This document shows positions 37,882 through 46,851 of a DNA stretch of 64,000 bases, one piece after another. Below the pieces are notes generated by a model. It was not told the DNA's origin, did no database searches, and saw only the letters and a program-made list of their open reading frames with translations. Origin of the DNA: Candidatus Hydrogenedentota bacterium (GTDB lineage Bacteria; Hydrogenedentota; Hydrogenedentia; Hydrogenedentales; SLHB01); NCBI GenBank assembly GCA_963745075.1, contig CAVUWV010000017.1:1-64000 (forward strand). Direction: 5' to 3'. The translations under genes and the position numbers were made by a program. The first letter of the stretch is position 1, and every line of letters begins with the position of its first letter.

Positions 37882-38025
37882 GTTTCGTCCCCCTTGTGTG
37901 CGGTGACAAGCGATCTATTCGGATTATAGTGCTTTTCCGGGCCGCCGCCAAGCCGCGCCTTGCCCCAGTGGCGCCGGTCGTTTAGGATGATGGTAGCTGT
38001 ATTTGAAACACGAGGAGTGCATCCC

Positions 38026-39438
38026 ATGAAGAAACTGACCGTCCTTCTCGCCCTGTGTTCGCTGGCCGTGTGCGCGTGGGCGGCGCCGGCCGCCATCTCC
38101 GACGATTGCATGCTCGTGGTAGACGGCAAGCGCATGTTTGTACTGGGACTCTACGAGAACCCCAACGACGCGAACCTCGATGAGGTTGCCGATGCCGGGT
38201 TCAATCTAGTCCGAACCAGTGCGGATTCGGCCGCAATCGACCGGTTGTGGGCGAAAGGAATCTATTCGTGGATCAATACCGGTCCGTCTATCGATCTCGG
38301 AAGCGATACCGATTCACGGAAATCTGACCTGAGCAGTATGGTCGTGGGTTTCTCGTCAAACCCGGGCTTCCTCGTCTGGGAAGTGCCGGACGAAGCGTTG
38401 TGGAACGCGTGGTACCGCGCGACCCAGTGGCGCCGGGGCGAAGAGCCGCGGCAACAGAACGCGCTGATCGCGGATCTGAAAGATTCGGATCTTAAGTCCG
38501 CGTTGCGCGAGATGCGGGAAGACGCGGATGCCGCATACAACCGGGGCGAACCGGAGGTCGGCGAGCAATTGGCCGACGAAATCTGGCGCAAACTCGACAA
38601 AACGCCTCCGCATCCGGAACTCAATTTGTCCAACGCTCCGCAACGTGCGGACCGGCTCGCGGAAGGGATGCTTCAGGGATACAACTACCTGCAATCGGTC
38701 GATCCCAAGCATCCGATCTGGATGAACCACGCGCCGCGCAACAGCATTGCCCAACTCGCGCAATTCGACCGGGCCGCGGACATCGTGGGCTGCGATATAT
38801 ACCCCGTGCCTCGGGGCACAGGAAACGGCCATTCCGACCTCGCCGACAAGTCCCTTTCCTGCGTTGGCGCGTACACCCGGCGCATGCAGGAGGCGGCCCC
38901 CGGTAAGCCGGTATGGATGGTCTTGCAGGGATTCGGCTGGTCCGACTTGGACAAGAACAAGGACCCGAACAAGCCCGATGAACGCCGCCGCCCCAACCCC
39001 GACGAGTCCCGTTTCATGGCCTACGACGCCATTGTAAACGGTGCGCGCGGCATCTTGTACTGGGGCACGGCCTACGTGGAGAAAGACGCCCCGTTCTGGA
39101 CGGAACTGCTCTCGCTGGTTACCGAACTCAGCGCGCAACAACCCGTCCTGTCCGCGCCGGATGCCGCTCTCGACATCAACGTCGCGCTGGCGCAAACTTG
39201 GGGTTCGGTCGATCGCGGGGTGCGGGTCCTGCCGAAGCAGGTGGGGGACAAGCTCTATTTTCTCGTGGTCAACGAGTGGGGGGAGCCGTTGGTGTACACG
39301 CTGCACGGTCTCGAATCGGTGGAAGGTACCCGATACCGCGATCCCGTCACCGAAGCGAATACCATTGTCGAACACGGCGCGTTGACCTTGCCGATTCGCG
39401 GGCATGGGGTCCACGTACTGGAGCCCGTCGAACCCTGA
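38026..39438 (+). CDS. Secreted glycoside-hydrolase-like TIM-barrel protein
   Basis: Signal peptide MKKLTVLL; VDGKRMFVLGLY, AGFNLV, WEVPDEA, GCDIYP, KPVWMVLQGF, RFMAYDAIVNGARGILYW. Confidence 0.65.
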   Translation: MKKLTVLLALCSLAVCAWAAPAAISDDCMLVVDGKRMFVLGLYENPNDANLDEVADAGFNLVRTSADSAAIDRLWAKGIYSWINTGPSIDLGSDTDSRKSDLSSMVVGFSSNPGFLVWEVPDEALWNAWYRATQWRRGEEPRQQNALIADLKDSDLKSALREMREDADAAYNRGEPEVGEQLADEIWRKLDKTPPHPELNLSNAPQRADRLAEGMLQGYNYLQSVDPKHPIWMNHAPRNSIAQLAQFDRAADIVGCDIYPVPRGTGNGHSDLADKSLSCVGAYTRRMQEAAPGKPVWMVLQGFGWSDLDKNKDPNKPDERRRPNPDESRFMAYDAIVNGARGILYWGTAYVEKDAPFWTELLSLVTELSAQQPVLSAPDAALDINVALAQTWGSVDRGVRVLPKQVGDKLYFLVVNEWGEPLVYTLHGLESVEGTRYRDPVTEANTIVEHGALTLPIRGHGVHVLEPVEP

Positions 39439-39506
39439 TGGTTCATCCGCCCGCGTATCGTCTATACTCCCGCAACTGCATGGACTGACAACGGAAAGGT
39501 GCATTC

Positions 39507-41309
39507 ATGGCGAAGACGAAGAACGTGCCCTTGCGCAAGGACGTGAAGGTTTCCGATACCTGGGACCTGCGGCCGCTGTTCAAGAACGACAAGGCGTGGC
39601 AGGCCGCGCTTAAGGATTTTGAAAAACAGATCTCCAAGTTTGAAGAATTCCGGGGACGGCTCGGATCGTCGGCGAAAGTGCTGCTCGACTGCTACAAGTT
39701 CGACGTGGAATTCAACCAGCTCGCCGAACGGATCGGTTCCTACGCGTTTCTCAAAGCCAGCGAGGACGTTGGAAACAGCACCTACCAGGGGATGATCCAG
39801 CAATACACCTTCGTGGCGACGCGCGCCGGCGAGGCCGCGAGTTTCATCGCGCCGGAGATCCAGGCGATCCCGAAGAAGACGATCGACAAGTATCTCAAGG
39901 ATCCCAAGCTGAAGGGTTTCCGCTACGCCCTGGAAAAGCTGCTACGGTACCGTCCGTACATTCTCTCAGAAAAGGAAGAGCGGCTGCTGGCCATGCAGGG
40001 CGAGGTCGCCGGTACGGCCGGGCGCGTTTTCGGGCAACTCAACGACGCGGATCTCAAGTTCGGCACCGTCAAAGACGAGCGTGGGCGTAACATCGAACTG
40101 ACCCAGAGTTCGTTTCGCAGTCTGCTGGAGTCACCCAAGCGCGAGGTGCGCAAGGCGGCCTTCCACCAGTTCTACGAGCAATACGAAGGCCACGCCCACA
40201 CCGTCGCGGCGACACTCGGATCGTCGGTGCAGCAGGATGTCTACCAGTCCCGCGTGCGTAATTATCCTTCCGCGCTCGAAGGCTCGCTCTTTCATGACAA
40301 CGTGCCCAACGCGGTTTACGACAGTCTCATCAAGGCCGTTCATAAGAACATCAAGACGGTGTACCGCTATCACGAAGTGCGGCGTAAAGCACTCAAGGTC
40401 AAGCAACTTCACGCCTACGACACGTACGTGCCGATCGTCGAAATGAAGCGCACGACGATTCCTTACGAGAAGGCCGTGAAGACGATCTGCGCGGCGCTGG
40501 AACCCCTGGGCGCAGACTACTGCCGCACGCTGGAGAAAGGGATGAATGGCCGCTGGGTGGACCGCTACGAAAACCAGGGTAAGCGGAGCGGCGCGTTTTC
40601 GGCGGGGGGATTCACGGGGCCGCCCTACATCCTCATGAATTACCGCGAGGACGTCATCGACAGCATGTTTACGCTCGCGCATGAAGCGGGCCACTCGATG
40701 CACACGTATTACAGCGCCCGCAACCAGCCCTTCCAGTACTACGACTACACGATCTTCGTGGCCGAGGTGGCGTCGACGTTCAACGAGCAGTTGTTGAACA
40801 AGCATCTGCTGGCCCAGGCCAAAGACAAAAAGATGCGGGCCTTTCTCATCAACAAGGAAATTGACGAGATTCGCGGGACGCTTGTCCGTCAGACCATGTT
40901 CGCGGAGTTCGAGAAAGTCATCCACGCAATCGCCGAGGCGGGCGAACCGCTCACGCTGGAACGGCTCCGTGCGGAGTATTTGAAACTGTTGAAGCTCTAC
41001 TTCGGCCCGGACTTCGTGATTGACGAGGAGTTGTCCCTGGAAGGCATGCGCATTCCCCATTTCTACCACGCCTTTTACGTGTACAAGTACGCGACGGGCA
41101 TCTCCGCCGCCATCGCGTTGTCGCAAAAGGTCCTCAACGGCGGCAAGCAGGATCGGGACCGGTATCTGAATTTCCTCAAAAGCGGCGGCTCAAAGTTCCC
41201 CTTGGAGCTGCTGCGCGACGCGGGCGTGGATATGGAACGTCCCGAACCCGTCGCCACAGCGATGAAACGGTTCGCCACGTTGGTCGACGAATTGCAGGAA
41301 CTGGTGTAG
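39507..41309 (+). CDS. pepF: Oligoendopeptidase F (M3B)
   Basis: TWDL, RWVD..EN.GKRSGAFS, TLAHEAGHSMH, IFVAEVASTFNE, RQTMFAEFE, RIPHFY, YVYKYATG. Confidence 0.95.
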   Translation: MAKTKNVPLRKDVKVSDTWDLRPLFKNDKAWQAALKDFEKQISKFEEFRGRLGSSAKVLLDCYKFDVEFNQLAERIGSYAFLKASEDVGNSTYQGMIQQYTFVATRAGEAASFIAPEIQAIPKKTIDKYLKDPKLKGFRYALEKLLRYRPYILSEKEERLLAMQGEVAGTAGRVFGQLNDADLKFGTVKDERGRNIELTQSSFRSLLESPKREVRKAAFHQFYEQYEGHAHTVAATLGSSVQQDVYQSRVRNYPSALEGSLFHDNVPNAVYDSLIKAVHKNIKTVYRYHEVRRKALKVKQLHAYDTYVPIVEMKRTTIPYEKAVKTICAALEPLGADYCRTLEKGMNGRWVDRYENQGKRSGAFSAGGFTGPPYILMNYREDVIDSMFTLAHEAGHSMHTYYSARNQPFQYYDYTIFVAEVASTFNEQLLNKHLLAQAKDKKMRAFLINKEIDEIRGTLVRQTMFAEFEKVIHAIAEAGEPLTLERLRAEYLKLLKLYFGPDFVIDEELSLEGMRIPHFYHAFYVYKYATGISAAIALSQKVLNGGKQDRDRYLNFLKSGGSKFPLELLRDAGVDMERPEPVATAMKRFATLVDELQELV

Positions 41310-41319
41310 GAGGAAGTCA

Positions 41320-41357
41320 CTGGGGAGAACCTTTTCTGAGGAAAAGGTTCTCCCCAG
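41320..41357. repeat. Perfect 17-bp inverted repeat (REP-like element or terminator after pepF)
   Basis: CTGGGGAGAACCTTTTC-TGAG-GAAAAGGTTCTCCCCAG. Confidence 0.7.
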
Positions 41358-41430
41358 ACCCCTCTCCAAAAGACTTTGGTGGTTTGCTTCGCAAACGTTC
41401 GGCGGCCTTCGGTGGCTGTCCGTAAGCTTT

Positions 41431-41468
41431 ATCGGACGGATCCGACCGATCGGTCTGATCCGTCCGAT
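41431..41468. repeat. 38-bp near-perfect palindrome with 9-bp periodicity
   Basis: ATCGGACGG/ATCCGACCG/ATCGGTCTG/ATCCGTCCG/AT, one mismatch. Confidence 0.7.
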
Positions 41469-41506
41469 AGATCTCGCGTTGCGCGCCACAAATCGGGAAC
41501 CTACGC

Positions 41507-42574
41507 ATGCTCATCTTCGACGCCCATCTCGATCTCGCCATGAACGCCACGTTGTGGAACCGCGATCTCACGCGGCCCATCGAGGAGATTCGCGACCGTG
41601 AACGTGACCTCACGGATTACCCGGATCGCGGCAACGGCGTCGTCTGCCTGCCCGAGATGCGACGCGGGGGCATCGGGTTTTGCGTGGCTACGCTTATCGC
41701 GCGCTACGTGAAGCCGGGAAACCCATTGCCCGGTTCCAATAGTCCCGCCCAGGCGTGGGCCATGACGCAATGGGAACTTGCCTGGTACCGCGCCATGGAA
41801 GATGCGGGGGAGTTGACACCGATTGTAGACGCCGAAGGCCTCGCGCGACACGTGGCGTTGTGGACGAACGATCCGCCGCCCGATGCGCCCATCGGCTATG
41901 TGTTGAGCATGGAGTGTGCCGACGCGATAGTCACGCCGGACCATCTCGAGGGATTCTACGAACAAGGCTTGCGCGCCGTCGGTCCCGCCCACTACGGTCC
42001 CGGCACCTATGCTCAGGGCACGGAAGCCACGGGGGGACTCGGCCCTCGTGGCCGTGAACTGCTCGCCGAGATGGAACGGCTGAACGTCATCCTCGATGCG
42101 ACCCATCTGTGCGACGAGAGTTTCTGGGAAGCCCTGGACCACTTTCACGGCCCCGTGTGGGCGAGCCATACCAATTGCCGCACGCTGGTCCCAGGCGACC
42201 GTCAGTTCTCCGACGAACAGATTCGGGTGTTACTCGACCGAGGCGCCATCATCGGCGCCGTGCTCGACGCGTGGATGGTCATCCCTGGCTGGGTCCGGCA
42301 CGAAACCTTGCCCGAAGAGGCCGGTCTCAAACTCGAACACGTCATCGATCACATCGACCACATTTGCCAACTCGCCGGTAATACCGACCACGTCTGTATC
42401 GGTTCCGACCTTGACGGCGGTTTCGGCCGCGAACAGTGCCCCGCTGACCTCCACACCATTGCCGACCTCGCGCGGTATCAGGACCTCCTCTCCGCCCGCG
42501 GCTACGGGGAACGCGATATTGAAGCCATCCTTCATGGGAATGTGATACGCTTTATGACGCAGGTTTGGTCGTGA
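41507..42574 (+). CDS. Membrane dipeptidase (M19, renal dipeptidase family)
   Basis: FDAHLDL, SMECAD, ILDATHL, ASHTN, HIDHI, IGSDLDGG. Confidence 0.92.
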   Translation: MLIFDAHLDLAMNATLWNRDLTRPIEEIRDRERDLTDYPDRGNGVVCLPEMRRGGIGFCVATLIARYVKPGNPLPGSNSPAQAWAMTQWELAWYRAMEDAGELTPIVDAEGLARHVALWTNDPPPDAPIGYVLSMECADAIVTPDHLEGFYEQGLRAVGPAHYGPGTYAQGTEATGGLGPRGRELLAEMERLNVILDATHLCDESFWEALDHFHGPVWASHTNCRTLVPGDRQFSDEQIRVLLDRGAIIGAVLDAWMVIPGWVRHETLPEEAGLKLEHVIDHIDHICQLAGNTDHVCIGSDLDGGFGREQCPADLHTIADLARYQDLLSARGYGERDIEAILHGNVIRFMTQVWS

Positions 42575-42626
42575 TGCGTCACCCGGGGTCCGTGTGGCCG
42601 CGCGTGAGATAAGGAGATTGAAACCC

Positions 42627-43604
42627 ATGCCGAATGTCATCTATCGCACATCATCCCTCGCTTTGCTGTTGACATTCGCCGCGGTTCCTGTTGCGGTCGC
42701 AGAACTGCAGAACGTGATGGTGAACGGGTATTTCTCCTTGCCTGAGTCCGAGCGGTTTGTCAGGGTCAAGTATCTGCCCTTGGACGAACCGGGTGCACCC
42801 AAATCCTTCGAGCCGCAAACTAAACGTCTCGAACTCGAACCGGTAGGTTACAATGATCGCGCTTACTTTGGTTGCCTCTCACAGGTTCCTGTACCCGAAA
42901 GGCCAAGTCCGAAATCCTATGCAAGATGGGGTCGCGTTGCGTTGAGTTTCTACTTTGGGGTTCCCGACTGGACCGACGACGATGCGCGCGATGGAGATCT
43001 TATGGTCGATATTGACGGCCATCAAGAGTTTAGTACGTCGCTTACCGGTTCGGGCTGGCAACCACGTTTGATCGATTTGGGCCTTTGGACCGGCGAGACC
43101 GTAAACATCACATTCTTCGGAGCTTGGATGGATGGCGATCCGCTTCCTGTTGTCATCGCATTACCCCGGATCGTGGCTTGGCACGGACCATACTATGCGG
43201 GCAAGGGAGGCCTGAACGTCATTGGACCGCACGGCGAACGGCGCATATCGACGATTCCAGATCCCCCTACGGATCTGCGGACCAAAGTCGGTGTTGACGG
43301 TACGCTAATCCATGGTGGTCCGCTCGTAATCGAAACGTTTAGCGTGTACCACCCGTCAACGATTCAGTTCGAATCAACCGTGTACGAATACTCGGCGTCG
43401 CTTCGAGAGGGCAGCTATTGGATGCCTCTCCCCTTGGCGCCGGAACAGGATCCGAAGGGTTGCGTATGGGTCTCGGAAGGCGATGCCGAGGCGGGCGCGA
43501 TCGACATCATCCCGAACTATATGGTAAACGATGCCGAATTCCTCCGCGCCATCGAAGAGCAGTTGGTCAAGGACTCGAACGTAGCTGCGGAGACTCAGAA
43601 GTAG
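42627..43604 (+). CDS. Hypothetical secreted protein
   Basis: RBS AAGGAG; signal peptide ending AVA-ELQNV; central segment W..RLIDLGLWTGETVNITF resembles jelly-roll domains. Confidence 0.6.
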   Translation: MPNVIYRTSSLALLLTFAAVPVAVAELQNVMVNGYFSLPESERFVRVKYLPLDEPGAPKSFEPQTKRLELEPVGYNDRAYFGCLSQVPVPERPSPKSYARWGRVALSFYFGVPDWTDDDARDGDLMVDIDGHQEFSTSLTGSGWQPRLIDLGLWTGETVNITFFGAWMDGDPLPVVIALPRIVAWHGPYYAGKGGLNVIGPHGERRISTIPDPPTDLRTKVGVDGTLIHGGPLVIETFSVYHPSTIQFESTVYEYSASLREGSYWMPLPLAPEQDPKGCVWVSEGDAEAGAIDIIPNYMVNDAEFLRAIEEQLVKDSNVAAETQK

Positions 43605-43687
43605 ACCGCATTCTTTGTTCGTGGCACCGGAAGGTGATGGGCAGCACATCGCGTTCGATTTTGCAACGTAGTTCGTTCGCGCCCGGT

Positions 43688-44092
43688 TTAGAGATTGAGT
43701 AGCATTCGGAATCCCGCCTGTTCAAAGTGATGGTCGCAACTGAACGCATCGGTCATACCTCGCGCTTCCATGACGGCGAAGGAAATGCAGTCCGTAAGCG
43801 ACCAACTCTTGTCGTCTCGCTGGCTAAAGAGGGTAAGTCCAGCTTGCAGCAGTTCTGGAGACGCAGGAAGAATGTGCGTCTTCTCATCCTTCTGCAGTGC
43901 TCGCACAAACCTCGAAAAGAATCTTCGGTTTGACGGACCGCAGAGACGATTCCCTAATTCCACAATTACGTAGTCGGTAGTTACGATCGTTCCGCGCCAA
44001 TTGCTTCCAGCCGTAGTCGCAAGCCTATGCCACGTGTCTTTAGGATTGAGCGACGCCACATAGAACGAGGTGTCCGCAAAAGCAGAACTCAT
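43688..44092 (-). CDS. vapC: VapC-family PIN domain toxin
   Basis: FADTS, TTDYVIVE, WSLTDCISF.VM, FSCDHHFEQAGF. Confidence 0.92.
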   Translation of the reverse strand: MSSAFADTSFYVASLNPKDTWHRLATTAGSNWRGTIVTTDYVIVELGNRLCGPSNRRFFSRFVRALQKDEKTHILPASPELLQAGLTLFSQRDDKSWSLTDCISFAVMEARGMTDAFSCDHHFEQAGFRMLLNL

Positions 44093-44322
44093 CTTCTTGG
44101 AGTGCCATACAAATAGTGGTCGAGATTCTCCGCTGCATCCTCCGGAAGACCTTCAGCTTTACCTATGAAGTCTGCAAAGCGCTCCGTGAAGGACGGTCCA
44201 GAGTTACCGTCGGGCGGAGGCGGCGCTTCCGCAAGTTCGATTCGAACGGCGGTCCCTTCCGGCAGGGTGACCGATTCATCAAGTACGATGGCGCCGTTTA
44301 CGACATGTCCTTTGTAGACCAT
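44089..44322 (-). CDS. Putative antitoxin paired with VapC
   Basis: 77 aa, MVYKGHVVNGAIVLDESVTLPEGTAVRI...LPEDAAENLDHYLYG; ATGA overlap with vapC. Confidence 0.85.
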   Translation of the reverse strand: MVYKGHVVNGAIVLDESVTLPEGTAVRIELAEAPPPPDGNSGPSFTERFADFIGKAEGLPEDAAENLDHYLYGTPRR

Positions 44323-44351
44323 CTCTTATACTCCTGCTTTACATCGCCCTC

Positions 44352-44360
44352 ATTGTAGCA
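44352..44360 (-). promoter_or_regulatory. Extended -10 promoter of the toxin-antitoxin pair
   Basis: Minus strand TGcTACAAT about 30 nt upstream of the antitoxin ATG, which has an AGGAG RBS. Confidence 0.5.
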
Positions 44361-44392
44361 CATGTGTCGGTCGAACGCCTGCGGAATCTTCT

Positions 44393-44950
44393 TTACCGAC
44401 GAGCGGTATCAGTTCCAGTCGGCGTATATGACTGGCGTTGCGCGGCCTTGCGATCGGCTACCAGTTCCCCGGACACTTTGGCGTCTTTCGGCTCTTTCAC
44501 GTCAAACCCAATGGCCTCCCAGCGCGGGTCGTCGGGATCGAGACCGAGATGCTCGATGTACCCGCGCTCGGCTATGAAGCATTTGCCGTGGGCGGTCAGG
44601 AGGTAGCCGCCGTTTGCTTCCAGGTACGTGCGCGCTTCCTCGTGCGTTTTGCACCAGTTGTGCCAGAACGCGCTCGCACCGGGCGGACACCACAGCACGT
44701 CCGCCGCGTCTTTGAGGTTCTTCCACGCGGCGTACCCATGCTCGCGCGCGATAACCGCCAAGGCGTGTTTCCGCTGGATGCTGTCGCGCGCCGCCAGAAT
44801 CTCGTCCGTCGTTTGCTCTCGAAACGGCGCGATCCGCCGAAAACGTTCCGCCGCGCCGGCGGCAATGGAGGGTTGCGTGGACTGCAGATCTTTGAGCAGC
44901 AGCGATGCTTCGCGTTTGCACTTGTCGAGGGACGGAATGGGACGTGTCAT
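44393..44950 (-). CDS. Uncharacterised 185-aa protein with an N-terminal helical L..K.EA..LL...ALAVIAREHGY..W..LK module
   Basis: ATG 44950 with AAAGGA 8 nt upstream; C-terminal GGYLL...LGLDPDDPRW..IG..P.D. Confidence 0.75.
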   Translation of the reverse strand: MTRPIPSLDKCKREASLLLKDLQSTQPSIAAGAAERFRRIAPFREQTTDEILAARDSIQRKHALAVIAREHGYAAWKNLKDAADVLWCPPGASAFWHNWCKTHEEARTYLEANGGYLLTAHGKCFIAERGYIEHLGLDPDDPRWEAIGFDVKEPKDAKVSGELVADRKAAQRQSYTPTGTDTARR

Positions 44951-45076
44951 GAGATCGTTCCTTTGTTCGTAGTGTGGAACTAATCCGCATCGTCCACAAA
45001 GGAAACCTCTCACGTGATACATTCAGCGAGTCGGGAGTGATACCATCTTTCGCGGATGCGGCGCCTCCCAGCACCG
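44951..45076 (-). ncRNA. Candidate cis-regulatory leader RNA (riboswitch-like, family not recognised)
   Basis: A perfect 9-bp anti-SD/SD helix (44996-45004 with 44958-44966) competes with helices CCGCAUC/GAUGCGG and CGCGAAAG/CUUUGUG; sigma70 promoter immediately upstream. Confidence 0.5.
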
Positions 45077-45082
45077 GGCGCG

Positions 45083-45112
45083 AGTATAAGGCATTCAGGT
45101 GGCGTAGTGCAA
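45083..45112 (-). promoter_or_regulatory. Putative sigma70 promoter for the leader and the 185-aa gene
   Basis: Minus strand TTGCAC (45112-45107), 18 nt, TATACT (45088-45083). Confidence 0.6.
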
Positions 45113-45254
45113 ATTGGGCCCGATCGGAGACCTCGGTGACAGGAGAAGCACTATGGACTTCATTGGCGACACGGACGAGATGGAACACATGGACAAGCAT
45201 TGCGGAACACAAGCAATTCACAACGTCAATTCGTCCATCACATCCAAACTGTCC

Positions 45255-46851
45255 ATGGTGTCACTGGCCGTGCGGTTATTCTCGGCTTTGCTCTTCTGCA
45301 TGATCCCGGCGTTTGCGCAACGAACCGTGCCCCCGCTGGAAACCGGACCTTCCGCCGTAACGACGCTGGAACAAATGGCCACCCTTCCCGACGACGAAAT
45401 TGATCTTGCCCGGGCCGTGCTCGAGGTGGCCAAAGGGGTCAATTCTGCCGTAGATGTCGACCGTTACATCACCCTCCTCGATGAACTCGCCGACGAGATG
45501 CAACGGCGGTTGACCAATCGGACGAATCCACGAGACCAACTCCGCGTCATGGCCGTGACCATCTTTCGTGACTGGGGGTTCGGACGCAGCGACGTGGTTG
45601 CGCCGGACGTGTACGTCGGGTTCAACGAAGTCCTGGACCAACAGCAATGGAACTGCTTCGGCCTGTCCGTGCTCTACGTTACCCTGGGCGAGCGCCTCGG
45701 GATTCCCCTGCATATGGTCGCCGGAAGGGGGCATGTTCTCGTCGAGTACACGGGATCGCCTGCGCTCTTCGTCGAAACCACCGACAAAGGTCGCATTCAC
45801 GAAAGCAAGGACTACCTGGCCGACTATCTCCCGTTTCCCTGTGTGCGTCCCGAAGACTTCACGCTCTTGAACAAAAAGGAAACGGTCGCCGTTGTGCTGA
45901 CGCAGACCGCTCTTGCCGTACAGAATCGCAAGCAGTTGGATCTAGCCCGCGACTACTACACCCTCGCCCTGAAGTTCGATCCGAAGGATGCCGAAGCGTT
46001 CAGCGGACTGGGTTTTCTCGCCTTGAACGCCGGACGTGCAAACGACGCCATCGCCGAATTTCGACATGCGATTGACGCCAATCCGCAGTACCGCGAAGCG
46101 TACGGTGGTCTCGGCGCCGCACTCTACGCCACCGGCGATTTTGCTGGCGCCGCAGATGCGTACCGGAAGGCCATTGAGCAATGCGCGGAAGAGCCCAAGG
46201 CGGTGTTTAATCTCGCGCAGATTCTCTATGAAACGGGCGACCTGCAAAAGTCAGCGGAACTATTCCGGAAATACACGCGGTTGGCTCCGGGCGACCCCGA
46301 CGGCTATGCGCGTCTGGCCTTTCCGCTCGAAGACTCCGGCGATCTGGACGGAGCGCTCGCGGCCTACCGCACGGCCATCCAATTGAATCCACACTATGTG
46401 GACGCGTACATCAACATGGGATTGGTGTACGAGAAGAAAGGTCTCTTGGATACTGCGCGGCAGTCCTTTGAACAAGCCATCCGTCTGCAGCCCAACAGCG
46501 CACTTGCATACGACGGTCTGGCCCGTGTCTTCCACGCGCAGAAGAACGATCAACAGGCCCTTGCCGCGATCGCGCGTGCGGCACAGATCGATCCATCCAA
46601 CGGAACGGTTTGGCTGGACTACGGAGCGATCCTTCGTGATACGGGCGATGTCGACCGGGCCATTGAGTCGTATCAACGCGCCGCGTCGCTGCTATCCTGA
46701 CGATCCGGAAGCGTTCGAGGCGCTGGCGGAGATTCACCTGAAACGGGGGGATACGGACGCTGCGAGAACTGCCGCGCAGCGCGCTTCCGATTTGGGCGCC
46801 GATCTGTCGCCGGCGTTGCAGAAGTTACTGCCTTCGCCAAAGCAACAATGA
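45255..46851 (+). CDS. Secreted SirB1/transglutaminase-like plus multi-TPR protein; +1 frameshift near 46692 separates the last TPR
   Basis: IDLARAVL, NCFGLSVLYVTLGERLGIPL, GHVLV, FVETT, then tandem TPRs. The frame stops at 46700, but YPDDPEAFEALAEIHLKRGD... continues the TPR pattern in the next frame to 46851. Confidence 0.82.

Noticed and set aside
41190..41489. ORF with IGRIRPIGRIRPI repeat
   Set aside because: Translation artefact of the 9-bp-period palindrome and neighbouring hairpins; antisense to the end of pepF.
46698..46700. Selenocysteine or stop readthrough at the TGA of the TPR gene
   Set aside because: The continuation is in a different frame, so readthrough does not explain it.
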